Program-made: the position numbers and the translations under genes
Notes under the pieces: model-generated
Told to the model about the DNA's origin: nothing
Seen by the model: the letters and a program-made list of their open reading frames with translations, nothing else
The model's database searches: none
Assembly: GCF_006345805.1 (NCBI RefSeq)
Contig: NW_021832789.1
Coordinates: 1 to 32,383, forward strand
DNA from: Octopus sinensis
Taxonomy: Eukaryota
Reading direction: 5' to 3'
DNA length: 32,383 nucleotides
In this document: one piece after another, positions 9,573 to 21,561 of the stretch
Position numbering within the stretch: the first letter of the stretch is position 1
Layout: each line of letters opens with the position of its first letter

Positions 9573-12542
9573 CAGACGCAAGGACATCTGTGTTTGAAAT
9601 AAAAGAACTCCATCTAATGTTTAAAATGCGATGAAGGCAGTTTTAGCGTAATTGTTCTAACAATTTGAAATGTCTTCATAAGATATTCATATTTCAGAAC
9701 AATAAAACAAGGATGGTAAGACAAATGATTTGTAAAGAGCCAATTTTGTATTGTTGTTTATATGTCGTTGGTGCCAAATACATGACTCTAAGCCACCAAA
9801 TGCTTGTGCTGCCCATTGAATTCGCAGATATATTTCTGTGTCCTAATTTCCATCATTTTGTACACAGCTTCCAAGGCAGATGAAAGAATCAATAACCTCA
9901 AGTAGCTTACGCTTGACAAAAATTTTAGCAGGTTGATACATTACAACTGTTTTTTTTTTTCAAGTCGATGTTCAAGCCAAAATCATCACAAGCTGTGTCA
10001 AATGTAGATACAAGAGACTGCAGGCCTGTTTCAGAATGACTGACAAGATCGCAATCATCAGCTTACAAAATTTCCCTAATGAGTGAAGTTAAAAAAAAAC
10101 CTTCGTTTTGAATTTGAGTCTGGTGACGTTAAAAACATTTCCTGTTGTTCGATATCTTTTGTAAATACCCTCCTCGGAGTTTTAAAAAGCAGGTGACAAC
10201 ACAACAGCAAAATATATTGCAAAGAGGGTGGACGCATCTAAGTCTCCTTGCTTTACTCCATTTTCCATGGCAAAAGATCCAGAGACCCTACCACCAAAAT
10301 TAACTCAAGCTTTCATATGTTGATGCAAAGCTCTGATCACGTTTACAAATTTTCCTGCGTAGTCTATTTTCGTTAGAAATAGCCACAGAGCATTTCTATT
10401 AACAGTATCAAATGCTTTGCTCAAATCAACAAAGCAATGGTAAAGGGGAAGATTTTGCTCAATGCACTTTTCTTGCAATTGACAGATAGTAAAGATACAA
10501 CCAGCTGTGCTCCTGGAGGAGCGAAAACCACTCTAAGACTCAGACACCATATTCGGAACTATGAAGGTATTTAAACATTCTAAGAGAATGCAGGCAAGCA
10601 CCTTTCCAGCCACAGACAAAAGCGAAATCCCACGAAAATTACCACACTTATCCTTTGGTCCCGACTTATACAAGGAGACGAAAATGGCATCTTGAGGCAT
10701 TTTCTTAGTTCTCCAACAGTGATAAATTTATATATTTAAGAGTTCAAGCACTTTGTCACCCACATATTTCAAGATCTCTGCACAGATGCCATTAGACCCT
10801 GCAGACATTGTTATTCAGCTTATTTACAGCTAAATAAATGTCATTTAGAATTGGTTCAAATGCCATCTCTTCTATAACTGGAAGGTGTTCGATTTTTTCT
10901 TCATTTTCATGTCAGCAGATGACGGCCTATTCAAAAGTGCAGAAAAATGTTCTACCCATCGCTTATAAATAGAAGCAGTGTCAGTCCATTTGCTGTTCTC
11001 TCTCACTGAAGCTGTTGAATATTTTGAGCCGTATACCTCCTCAATATAAGAGTACAAACTCTTGGCGTCATTTCTATCAGCTGCTCCTTGTGCCCCTTTT
11101 GTTCTATCATTCCACCATTCCTGTTCAATTTTCCTTAGAGCAGTCTGCACTTTCCCTTTCAGCCTTCTGTAAGCTTCGTTTGAGTTGGGGTTCAAGGACT
11201 GATAAAGAAGAATATTGCCTAAGTTTTGTCTTTCTAAAAGTAGATCATGAATTTCTGCTGATTTATCTGAGAAGCAGTCACAGGATTTAAATCCCCCTGA
11301 CAAACTTGCAGCCTGAAATACTTTTGTTTTGAAATTTTCCCATAGATTGTTTGATTCAAGACTGATATTTTCTATAGCATCATGGAATCTTTGCAAGTTG
11401 CTTGGTAATTTGAAGCTGGCAACATTTAACTTTTTGGGTACCTTAGGACCAGACTGTCGACATTTAGGCACTATCGAAAATATTTTTTTCCACGCACCAG
11501 ACGATGGTCAGTCCAGCTCTCTGCTCCTTTCATAGCCCGAATGCTAGAAACATCTTTCATATCACGTTCCCTAATCAAAGTATAATCTATGTGCTCAGAT
11601 CTTGGGTGCATCCAGGTGGTTTTATATTTATTTTTCTGCCTAAACAGAATGTTGGTGACAACCAGGTTATTCTCAGTACAAAACGTCAAAAGAGCTACTC
11701 TATTTTTATTACATTTTCCAGTCATATGTCGATCAAAAACAGGCCATGAAACGTAGTCATTTCCAACTATTGCGTTGAAATCTCCTAGTAAGACCAGCTT
11801 GGCAGAAAATGGTACTTTTCTCAATAATTGTGCTAGATCGTCATAAAACTGCCCTACATTTTCATCAGAATGAGACATTGTTGGTGCATAAATACTGACA
11901 ACGGTAAGAAACCTACCTTTTGTCAGGTTTATACGGCATGGCATTGTTCGTTCAGATATACCACTTGGAAATTCTCCAATGGAGGATACTAATGAATTCT
12001 TGAGAGCAAACCCAACACCAGATTCTCTATTCTTACCCTCATGTAGGCCTCTCCAAAATATAGTATATCCAGAAGTAGGTTCATTTATTTAACTCTCGCC
12101 AGAGAGATGAGTTTCAGGGAGCGCAAATATAACAAGGGAATCTTTCTTAAGCTCACATGCAATAAATGCAGTACACCTTTCTGGCCTCTTGTTGAAATTA
12201 TCATCAAGATGTGTGCGCACAATCCAACTGCCAAAATTCAGAAGTTGTTCATTTTTATTTTTTCTTGAAGATTGTTTGACCACAGTGGCAAGATTATAAC
12301 CGGGTCCAGCCTGTGATACACTGGGACACCTGTCGAGCCAGACCTTTTCCCCTGACGTTCCCAAGCCTTTTTTTGCCATTTACTGAATCTGTTTGTGACA
12401 TTTTAGAGTAAGTTACAAGTGTATTTTTAGGCTTCTTCTAACCAACCAGTTCAAGGATTTTACTAAGATTTGGTGTACAAGTAGTACCTGTGCAGATAAA
12501 TAATTTTCAGTTGGTGTAGCTTGCTCTGCACTACCTCCACCT
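9573..12542 (-). mobile_element. Decayed RTE-clade LINE (APE endonuclease + reverse transcriptase), 3'-truncated
   Basis: Minus strand, endonuclease: LNFGSWIVRTHLD..RPERCTAFIA..ALPETHL, VSIYAPT, LLGDFNA, TWMHPRS..IDY, WTDHRLV. Reverse transcriptase: CGNFRGISLLSVAGKVLA (~10600-10650), CFVDLSKAFDTVNR (~10400-10436), NGVKQGD (~10243-10263), IL*ADDCDL (Tyr of YADD is a TAA stop at 10063-10065), later FICLGS and LFYCSE. Confidence 0.93.
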
Positions 12543-12835
12543 ATCAATTTGATAAGAGGAAATCGTTTTTTCTTTAAGCTGTGTGTGCATGACAAGCCTT
12601 CTGTATTTGTAGAACTAATGATGGAAATATTGTTTATAGCAAAATAAATTGAATGTAATTTGAACTCGCATCCATAAAATTTGTCACATTTAATGTAATT
12701 AAAGTCAGTTGATGCATCAATTTCTATGTCCCGTGCACATCGAGAGCAGATCTACGTTAATCAATACATCTGCTAAACAGAAACAGGAGAGATTAAGAAG
12801 ACAAAGTTTTGAAGTAGTTAAGTTGTCAATGATGA
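12543..12835 (+). repeat. Left arm of 293-bp near-perfect inverted repeat
   Basis: Reverse complement of 14079-14371 with 2 substitutions and 2 single-base indels. Confidence 0.95.
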
Positions 12836-13020
12836 CACTTTCAACGGTGTGACATGAAAATTGACAAAACCAGGAACTTCCAAGGCCTCGGGTTTTTTTC
12901 AGAGATATCTTTCTCCTAGGTAGGTTACCAACCAAGGTTAAAGTGCTTCTGTCTGCCCATCAGGTAAGCTATCCCACTCCAGACATCAAACCGACACCCA
13001 AACACTCTATAAAGTGATCA
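12836..13020 (-). mobile_element. Probable continuation of the RTE 5' UTR
   Basis: Minus strand TCTGGAGTGGGATAGC...CCTAGGAGAAAGATATCTCTGAAAAAAACCC resembles RTE 5'-UTR motifs (recalled, not searched). Same orientation as the RTE ORF. Confidence 0.5.
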
Positions 13021-13249
13021 ACCCGGAGTAACTCATTCATACATACATACAAAAAAGTAAGATGTGATTTAAAAATATAATTAAGATTTAAATGTAAATT
13101 ATATTCATTTTATAAAGTAAAAGATAAGTAATTTAAAAATATAAATAAAATAAGATTTAAATATAAATTTTATATATATAAGTAAAAATATACATATGTA
13201 TACACATAAGAATATAAATAAAAAAAGTTTATACATATTTACACATATT

Positions 13250-13480
13250 TGTTGGGTGGCCGTTGACTACTCATGAGTTCCTCCGCCATTTGACGGCTCT
13301 TATTTTTCATCTTGCAGGGTGTCCAACAATCATCCTCCTCACCAAGCAAGCCTGGTTGGGTTGCCAGTTTAGTCGCCGATGACTCGACCATGCAACAAGT
13401 TGCACTGGATTACATGTTACCAGCAGCACCCAGGAGCGACCTGACATACATTCGTATATACATGCATATTTGTGAACATT
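13250..13480 (-). mobile_element. Probable distal RTE 5' UTR
   Basis: Minus strand GCTGGTAACATGTAATCC...AAGAGCCGTCAAATGGCGGAGGAACTCATGAGTAGTCAACGGCC resembles RTE 5'-UTR motifs (recalled). Confidence 0.45.
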
Positions 13481-13884
13481 TGTTCACGTGTATGCCTTTC
13501 TTATCCATCCCGCGACCTCATATAGATGTCGATATTGTTTGGTCACTGTGGACACCACAAAGTTGGATTACTGCTTTTTATGGCTATAGGTTCCTGGAGA
13601 TAGTTATGGTTGGGCATACACCGCATTGACCTTTCCAGTCTGGCAGGATCAGCAATGGTCAAGGACATCTCTTAAGGAAGGAAAGAAAGAAAGCTAGATA
13701 TATAGATAGATTTGTGAAGTGAGAAATTTGAGCTTGAATTGCTTCTACTTAACTTCCGTGGTTGCTTCCTTTACATAGATTCCACGCTTGGTGATCTCGT
13801 CATCATGTAAACGAGGCCACCGCTAGTTCTTTGAAGATATGCGATTAGTCTTTTTCACCGACTGAAAATTATACGCTTTCTTAT

Positions 13885-14060
13885 GGTGGAGAGCTGGCAA
13901 AATTGTTAGCACCCCTTGCGCTAAATGCTTAGTTGCATTTCATCCGTCTTCATGTTCAAATTCCGCGAAGTCGATTTTGCCTTTCATCCTCTCGGGATCG
14001 ATGTAGTCTACTTACCCACTGCCCTGAAATTGCTGACCTCGTGCCAAACTTTGTAATCAA
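13885..14060 (+). mobile_element. SINE family A
   Basis: GAGCTGGCAAAATTGTTAGCAC..AAATGCTTAG..GTTCAAATTCCGCG..TTTGCCTTTCATCC matches the other family A copies. Confidence 0.85.
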
Positions 14061-14078
14061 TATTATACAACTTCCTGA

Positions 14079-14371
14079 TCATCATTGACAACTTAACTAC
14101 TTCAAAACTTTGTCTTCTTAATCTCTCCTGTTTCTGTTTAGCAGATGTATTGATTAACGTAGATCTGCTCTCGATGTGCACGGGACATAGAAATTGATGC
14201 ATCAACTGACTTAATTACATTAAATGTGACAAATTTTATGGATGCGAGTTCAAATTACATTCAATTTATTTTGCTATAAACAATATTTCCATCATTAGTT
14301 CTACAAATACAGAAGGCTTGTCATGCACACACAGCTTAAAGAAAAAAAAGATTTCCTCTAATCAAATTGAT
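14079..14371 (-). repeat. Right arm of 293-bp near-perfect inverted repeat
   Basis: Reverse complement of 12543-12835; spacer 1243 bp. Confidence 0.95.
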
Positions 14372-15351
14372 TCCCTGATATCTGTAGACCTTACGATCCA
14401 ATACAGGGAGAAAGAGGAAAGAGCTTATTACTATTGTTAAAATCAAGATGGTCCCTGTGGTAACCTGAACAGGAATTCGCTTGCATGGAAGAAAAGAAAT
14501 GCACTGAATGATTTCTAAGCAGATGAAGATAGTTAACCTTCTTACAGAAGAAGAGCTGTATACGATGGAATCTTTCAAAGATCGGTTCGACAGAATGAAA
14601 TAGAGACAACAGGTGAATAGTTCTTTACAGCCCTCTTCTGACGTAGAAATTTAATGAGCACATCAATAGAGTTCTGCAATTCTGTGAAATACATCAAATA
14701 TTCTTGAAATTTGTCATTAAAAGATCTAATGCTACAATGTTTGCTCCGACAAAGTAAAACCACCGCAATGAGGTTACTGAATTCTAGCAAGGTCAATGAG
14801 GTTTTCTGGCGCTCACTAGTCTTTCCCATTCATGAAGACACCCACCCATTTAACAACTAGCTGTTCACTTGAATAATGACCAATGGGTTTACTTCATTCA
14901 AATAACTGCTGCACAGCAAGCACTGAATCGATGGGGTACAAAGTTTACCGCTTTTTCAATTTGCATTATTTATGATCTCTTTCTAAAAACAGTGATGTAC
15001 TTATTCTGTCTAAGTGCACAAATGGAGAAGATGCACTTATGTCCAGCTACTCTGACCAACAAAATTTGTGTTTCAATTTAGAGGGCATCGATTTCCAAAA
15101 CATGTTTTGCCATACCAATCATCAAATTCCAAGAGTAAGCACTGACAGATGCTGGACTACATTTTGAGGAATACTACTTCATAAGGGCCAATTATAGATG
15201 AGATGCGCAAGTAAGTTTATGTGGCTGTTGAAAACATTAAAGTCTTTAAATATCTTGAGGGACTGGCATGGTAATATTTACAATTGGTAATTTCACTTAA
15301 AAGACATACTGTAAAATGTGTGTATCTGTAATTCGTTACACATCACACTAA

Positions 15352-15576
15352 AATAAAGGTAAAGTTACCTTTTCAAGTCATGCTGGCTCACGAGAGCCGG
15401 TTTCCGGTTTCATGGCGTATGCATTTTACACCTGGATGGAACGCCGGTCCGTCGCAGTATTATTCATTTTTAAGGTGTTTTGGTAAAGAACGCAAGGCGC
15501 CGCCTGGTCCAGGAATCGAAACCAAAGTCTTACGATCTTGAGTCCAATAACCTAGCTACTAAGCCACGCGCCTCCA
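15352..15576 (-). mobile_element. tRNA-headed SINE, family D
   Basis: Minus strand head GGAGGCGCGTGGCTTAGTAGCTAGG...GGTTTCGATTCCTGGACC (A/B-box-like), then TGCGACGGACCGGCGTTCCATCCAGG...CCATGAAACCGGAAACCGG and tail GGTAACTTTACCTTT. Confidence 0.7.
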
Positions 15577-16074
15577 AACACACTGGACTGCTATAAACAT
15601 AATGAAAAACAAATTAATTTCTTACATGAAATCCAACAGTGTTTTATTAAAGCGAATATTTAATTAAAAACACAATTTCGGGATAATTGTTGTTTCGTTC
15701 CAAGCCGTGGCGAACCGGCTATGCTTGTCTGTACACATACATAATACATACATACATATGTGTGTGTGTGTGTGTATGTTAGTGCGCGCGCATAATGAGA
15801 GAGAGAGAGAGAAGACCCTGTAATACCTATCCTATTTTGCCGCCTTCCTTGGTGGGGAGTCTCTTAGCCGACTTGGTGGTAGGCTGGTTAGCTGGAAAGC
15901 TTCAAAAGGCTCGACAGTGAATCATTTAATGAGTATATAATAGCACCAATGCCGAGGGATATCTATTGTGAAATTTGATTGGGTGTTAGGGAACACGTGG
16001 TCAGATTTCTCCATTTGAACTTGAATCAAAACCGGACACGTCTACAAGCAGCCATTAGAGGGATTTATGTATAG

Positions 16075-16087
16075 ATGTATATATATA

Positions 16088-16127
<40 letters not shown>

Positions 16128-16135
16128 TGTATGTA
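16075..16135. repeat. (TA)n array
   Basis: Directly visible. Confidence 0.9.
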
Positions 16136-16387
16136 TGAGGAAAAATAAAAAAAATTAAAAATAAGGGGACTGTTTCCGATTTTCTATCAGGCTGTGTACC
16201 TTCTAAATTAAGTTTTATTGTTGATGGGGGACAATATTTGATGCTCCCGTGTAGAATATGTAAGGATGGGCCTACTAAGGTAGGTTTTAGTCCCCCTTAT
16301 GTTTGATAATATACGACTGACGTGGACTTAACAAGCCTCAAGAATCGTATTTGTGTATTATGTGTATCAATACATAAAGCTCTGAAA

Positions 16388-16836
16388 TTATATATATATA
16401 TATATACACACCATACATATATATATACATATATACATATATGCACACACACATATATATATATATACACACACGCATGTATATGTATATATAATATTAT
16501 ATATATATCTATATATTAATATATATATATATATACATATAGACATATACATATATATATATACATATACATATATATATATATATATGATATATATATA
16601 CCCATACACACACACCACGCACATATATATATCCGAGGCTGAAGTCGTAGAAATCTTATGAATTTATATGAAATTTATACTTAAAATATTGTGTGTGGTG
16701 TATCTATCTATATCTATATCTATATATCTCTTTCTCCTCCCTCCCTCTCTCTCTTCTCCTCTCTCATCATATATAATAATATATAAATCTATATATACTA
16801 TATATATATATATATATCATCTCCCTCTACTCTCTC

Positions 16837-16913
<77 letters not shown>

Positions 16914-17160
16914 ATATACCCTCTCTCCTCTCTCCCTTCTCTCCTCTCTTCTCTCTCTCTCTCTCTCTCTCCTCTCTATATATATATATATATATATTAT
17001 ATAATCATTTGTTGTACATATTCTTGCAAATTTCAGTTTTATGTGTTCTCACATGTATATATATATATATAGATATATATATATATATATAATATATATA
17101 TATTATTCGCATCAGTTGATAACGTTTGAGACTATATAATGTATATATATATATATTGCA
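16388..17160. repeat. Large (TA)n/(CA)n/(CT)n low-complexity field
   Basis: Directly visible, with short unique interruptions. Confidence 0.9.
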
Positions 17161-17596
17161 TATTTGCGTGGTATGTGTTATGTATGTATCTATATTGGTG
17201 TGTGCGCGGCTGGCCTGTCACGTTTTATATACAAATACTTACATAACAGAAAGGGCTATTGAATGCGTGTACGTATATAATATATTATAGATTTTTTATG
17301 GTTATATGTCATCTGTAAGTTAACTTCGATATGTATGTGTATGTATGTGTGTGTGTGTGTGAATGAGAAAGAGAGAAAGAGGGAGAGAAAAGGAGACTAA
17401 GGGTGTCATTGTTTATGTATGAGTAATGGCCAATAAAATTCCGGTAAACAAGTTACAAGCAAGATTTGCTCGCAAATCTACGTTGTTGACTGGGTGTGCA
17501 CAACAGTGTCATTATTATTATGTTTTTTATTTTTTTATTTTTCGAGTATTCGGGACGAATTCTTTGTTAACTCACACCAAATGCTTCGTAAACGTT

Positions 17597-17687
17597 TTGT
17601 TGTTGTTGTTGTTGTTGTTGCTGTTGTTATTATTATTATGTCCTTCATCTCTTTGTAAGCACTTAGTGGTTAATAAAGAAAGAATTA

Positions 17688-17745
<58 letters not shown>

Positions 17746-17840
17746 CATCATTATCATTATTATTATTCAGTAGCTTTATTTTTATAGCGTGCTTTCACTT
17801 CACTACCGAGCGCAGCTGTGTGCCTACTAGTGCAATTTTC

Positions 17841-17881
<41 letters not shown>

Positions 17882-17882
17882 C

Positions 17883-17935
<53 letters not shown>

Positions 17936-17974
17936 CATTATTATTATTATTATTATTATTAATATTATTATTAC

Positions 17975-18032
<58 letters not shown>
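17597..18032. repeat. (GTT)n and long (ATT)n arrays (17685-17766, 17843-18032)
   Basis: Directly visible; source of the poly-I and poly-L ORFs. Confidence 0.95.
17767..17841 (-). mobile_element. Tiny 3'-end remnant of an RLE-type LINE embedded in (TAA)n
   Basis: Minus strand encodes KKIALVGT, like the RLE ORF end QKxALLGTAHILRK, then ...GCACGCTATAAAAATAAAGCTACTG running into (AAT)n. Confidence 0.5.
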
Positions 18033-18034
<2 letters not shown>

Positions 18035-18127
18035 CTCAGTGTGAGTGGGTGTGAACTTAGAACGCTCGGCTGCGAGTCTATGTTTGCGAGTTCGAATATC
18101 ACCCACGTGCTATGCAGAAAATCTTAA

Positions 18128-18310
18128 GGCAGCCAGCTCGCACGAAATGTTTAGCGGTATTTTCCCGTCTTTACGTTCTAAGTTCAAATTCCGCCGAGGT
18201 CGACTTTGCCTCTCATCATTTCGTCGTCGATAAATTAAGTATAAATAACGATGTAATCGACTTAATCCATTTCCCCAAATTTCAGGCACAGTGCCGACAG
18301 TAGAAAGGAT
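18128..18310 (+). mobile_element. SINE family A, 5'-eroded
   Basis: AAATGTTTAGCGGTATTT..TTTACGTTCTAAGTTCAAATTCCGCCGAGGTCGACTTTGCC..GATAAATTAAGTA. Confidence 0.85.
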
Positions 18311-18656
18311 TATTATTATTATAATTATTATTATTATTATTATTTTGAAAATGTATGAAATTCAATCGAAACTATAAAAAAGCGAGGCTTTTGCGTAAAT
18401 ACAAAATTGCGGGAATTCAAAATATTCGTAAAGTAGAATATAAAAAATGTTTACATATTGAACAGAATATTTCAGACGTCCAGTAGGTTTCTAGGACCAT
18501 CTCATCGTTTTTGTATAATCTAAACCTACATTATTGAAAGCGTTCCTCCTTTATTCAAGAAAGTAGTGTTAATTTAAAGGCATACGGTTACTATTTCCAG
18601 CACGTCAGATAACCGTCTAGAAACTCTCATTCCTCCGATGATTTTGTCATCTTGAT

Positions 18657-19014
18657 AGGGCGCGAGCTGGCAGAATCGTTAGCACACCGGACGAAATACT
18701 TGGCGGTATTTCAAATTCTGCCGAGGTCGACTTTGCCTTTCATCCTTTTGGGGTCGATTAAATAAGTACCAGTTACGCACTGGGTCAATATATTCGACTT
18801 AATCCGTTTGTCTGTACTTGTTTGTCCTCTCTGTGTTTAGCCCCTTGTGGGTAGTAAAGAAATAGGTATTTTGTCTGTCTTTACGTTCTGAGTTCAAATT
18901 CCGCCGAGGCTGACTTTGTCTTTCGTCCTTTCGTGGTCGATAAACTAAGTACCAATTGTGTACTGGGGTCGATCTAATTGAATGCCCCCACCCACCTTGT
19001 GCCTAGAGTAGAAA
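18657..19014 (+). mobile_element. SINE family A with duplicated body, perfect 19-bp TSD
   Basis: Two successive bodies (~18660-18800 and ~18866-19010). ATGATTTTGTCATCTTGAT occurs at 18638-18656 and 19015-19033. Confidence 0.9.
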
Positions 19015-19814
19015 ATGATTTTGTCATCTTGATTGTGATCGAACACTTTCGAGTATGCCCATGTTTGTGTTTGTTTATATCAAGGAGCATATCGTCCAGC
19101 GAGGCCTTCCTTTATTTTAAAGATGTTAGTGTGTAATTTAAGAAAAATTTTGCTGTCATTTCTAAGAACTCATCTTTCTGCATACTAGATCTTTCAATCG
19201 TTCGACTTTCTGTGGTTATAATCACTGGCATGAAGATATATTATTTAAATGTTGATTTTATACAACGTAGAGAAATAAATAAGATATCAAATATGATTCA
19301 AATAAACACATCAATAATAACCGGCTCTTAGATTTTGAAAAATGGGAAGGATCTGACAAATATCGATTAACAAAGAGAATTAAAGACTTACATTTAGAAG
19401 TTATAGGCAGATACAGAAATGTGTTGCGACGCATACTATGAATCGTTTCCCATAAATAGTTTATTATTTATAATTTACCAAATTGTTTATTTCTGAATAC
19501 GAAATTGTTTCGCGAAGTTAGGGCGAAACCCACTTGTACGCTCACGCACACACAAACACAGACAGGACACATGTAGTCCCCTCTCCATGCAATTACACAC
19601 ATGTGCATACATACTTATACATGTGTGCATAATTCAAACGCGCAAGCACATTCATTTTTAATTCAATATCACAATAAGGAAAATGATTACTTTGTTAAGT
19701 AACGTTGATAAATTACTTAGCAAGGCGCAGAATGTACACGAGCACTGAGTAAATGTTATCTATATATGTATCTATAAGCAATTTACATACATAGTCAGTG
19801 GGGTGTGTTTGTGT

Positions 19815-20012
19815 GTACATACATACATACATACATTCATACACACGCAATTATTTGTGTTCATATATCTATCTCTCTATGTCTCCTTCTCTCTCTCTCT
19901 CTCCTCTATCTATCTATCTATCTATCTATCTATCCATCTGTCCGTCAATCTATCAATCTCTCTCTCTCTCTCTATCTATATATGTATCTCTCTATCTCGC
20001 TATCTATCTATT

Positions 20013-20050
<38 letters not shown>

Positions 20051-20093
20051 ACATATATATAATGTATATTTATATGATGTATATTTTATAATG

Positions 20094-20126
<33 letters not shown>

Positions 20127-20262
20127 TATATATAATGTATATATACATATAATGTATTATATATATTATATATATATAAAGTGTGTAAGCTTCGAATGTC
20201 CCGTCCGTTTTTTTGTATCGTCTTCTAAATGTTTTGCGTTCTTGTCCAAGTTTGTGTTTTTT

Positions 20263-20323
<61 letters not shown>

Positions 20324-20422
20324 ATATATATAACGTATGTATGTATATATATACATAATGTATATATATATATTATAATATATATAATATAAATAATAAT
20401 ATATATATATCATATAATATAT

Positions 20423-20475
<53 letters not shown>
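19815..20475. repeat. Compound (CATA)n/(CT)n/(CTAT)n/(TA)n field
   Basis: Directly visible. Confidence 0.93.
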
Positions 20476-20478
<3 letters not shown>

Positions 20479-20683
20479 TAGCCATCACTAATTGTCTGTA
20501 TGTGCAGCAAACACATGTACTGCTAGAAATAAGTGTTAAACCACTTATAGCTGCGTAAAAGCACATCTATGTACACTGAGAGGGTAGATAACTTCCCCAA
20601 GATCGAAGCAAAACAAGAAAACTGGACTGTACAGTTTCATCCTAATGATAATTGTTTACACAGTGTGCCTTCTCTGCAGTCCA

Positions 20684-21090
20684 CTGCGTGGCTGTGTGGT
20701 AAGATCGGTCCCTCAACGTGGCACCTTGGGCAAGCGTCGAGCAGACCAAAGTCTTGTCAGTGGAACTGGCAGACGAAAACTGCAATAATCCTGCCGTATA
20801 TATGTATATATGTATGTGTGTATGAGTTTGTGTGTGTCTTTATGTCCGACCCCCCCACCTTCACCGTTTGACAACCGGTCTTTTTCTGTTTAGTTCACGT
20901 AACATAGCGGTTTGACAAAAGAGAACGGTAGAATAAGTATTAGACTTTAAAAAAAGTTTTGAGGTTGATTTGTTCGACTATAACCCTTCCAGGTGGTGTC
21001 CCCACATGGCCGCACTCATATGACTGAAACAAGAAAATGAATAATGCCCCAGCATGGCCACAGCCTTAAGGCTGAAACATAGAAAAAATA
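20684..21090 (+). mobile_element. SINE family C with doubled 3' tail module
   Basis: GCGTGGCTGTGTGGTAAG head, GTGGCACCTTGGGCAAG centre, CATGGCCGCA..TGACTGAAACAAG tail, then a second CCCCAGCATGGCCACAGCCTTAAGGCTGAAACA. Confidence 0.8.
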
Positions 21091-21099
21091 AAAGAAAGA

Positions 21100-21292
21100 A
21101 TATATATATATATATATACATTCATACATAGACACATACATACATACATATATATATATACATACATATATACATACATACATGCATGCATACATATATA
21201 CATCCATCCATACATACATACATACATGCATACATGCATGCATACATATATACATACATACATACATATATACATACATACATACATGCATA
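21100..21292. repeat. (TA)n then (CATA)n/(CATG) array
   Basis: Directly visible. Confidence 0.95.
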
Positions 21293-21300
21293 CAGAGATA

Positions 21301-21545
21301 TATGTTTCAGTCCTAAGGCTGTGGGCATGCCGGGGCACTATTTTCTTACTTGCTTCAGTCATTTGGTTGCGGCCATGCTGGAGCACTCCTAGAAGGGTTT
21401 TAGTCGAACAAGTCAATCCCATAACTTATTTTTTAAAAGCCTCGTACTTATTCCACCGGTCTCTGTTGTCAAACCGCTCTGTTACGAGGACTAAACACAG
21501 CAAGAGCGGTTGTGAGACAGTGATTGTAGGGGAGCAAACACATAC
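21301..21545 (-). mobile_element. SINE family C, 3' half
   Basis: TATGTTTCAGTCCTAAGGCTGTGGGCATGCCGGGGCAC..TTCAGTCATTTGGTTGCGGCCATGCTGGAGCAC is an inverted copy of 20870-21085. Confidence 0.8.
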
Positions 21546-21561
21546 ACAAACTCACACAAAC

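Noticed and set aside
12836-14078. Spacer as an inverted segment or as the interior of a TIR transposon
   Set aside because: The RTE UTR-like motifs in the spacer keep the orientation of the RTE ORF outside the left arm, and there is no common TSD outside the two arms.
18036-18105. tRNA-like segment with GAGTTCGAAT
   Set aside because: No full cloverleaf could be folded; more likely an eroded SINE head than a tRNA gene.
17426-18106. Poly-Ile and poly-Leu ORFs resembling membrane proteins
   Set aside because: They are read-throughs of (ATT)n arrays.
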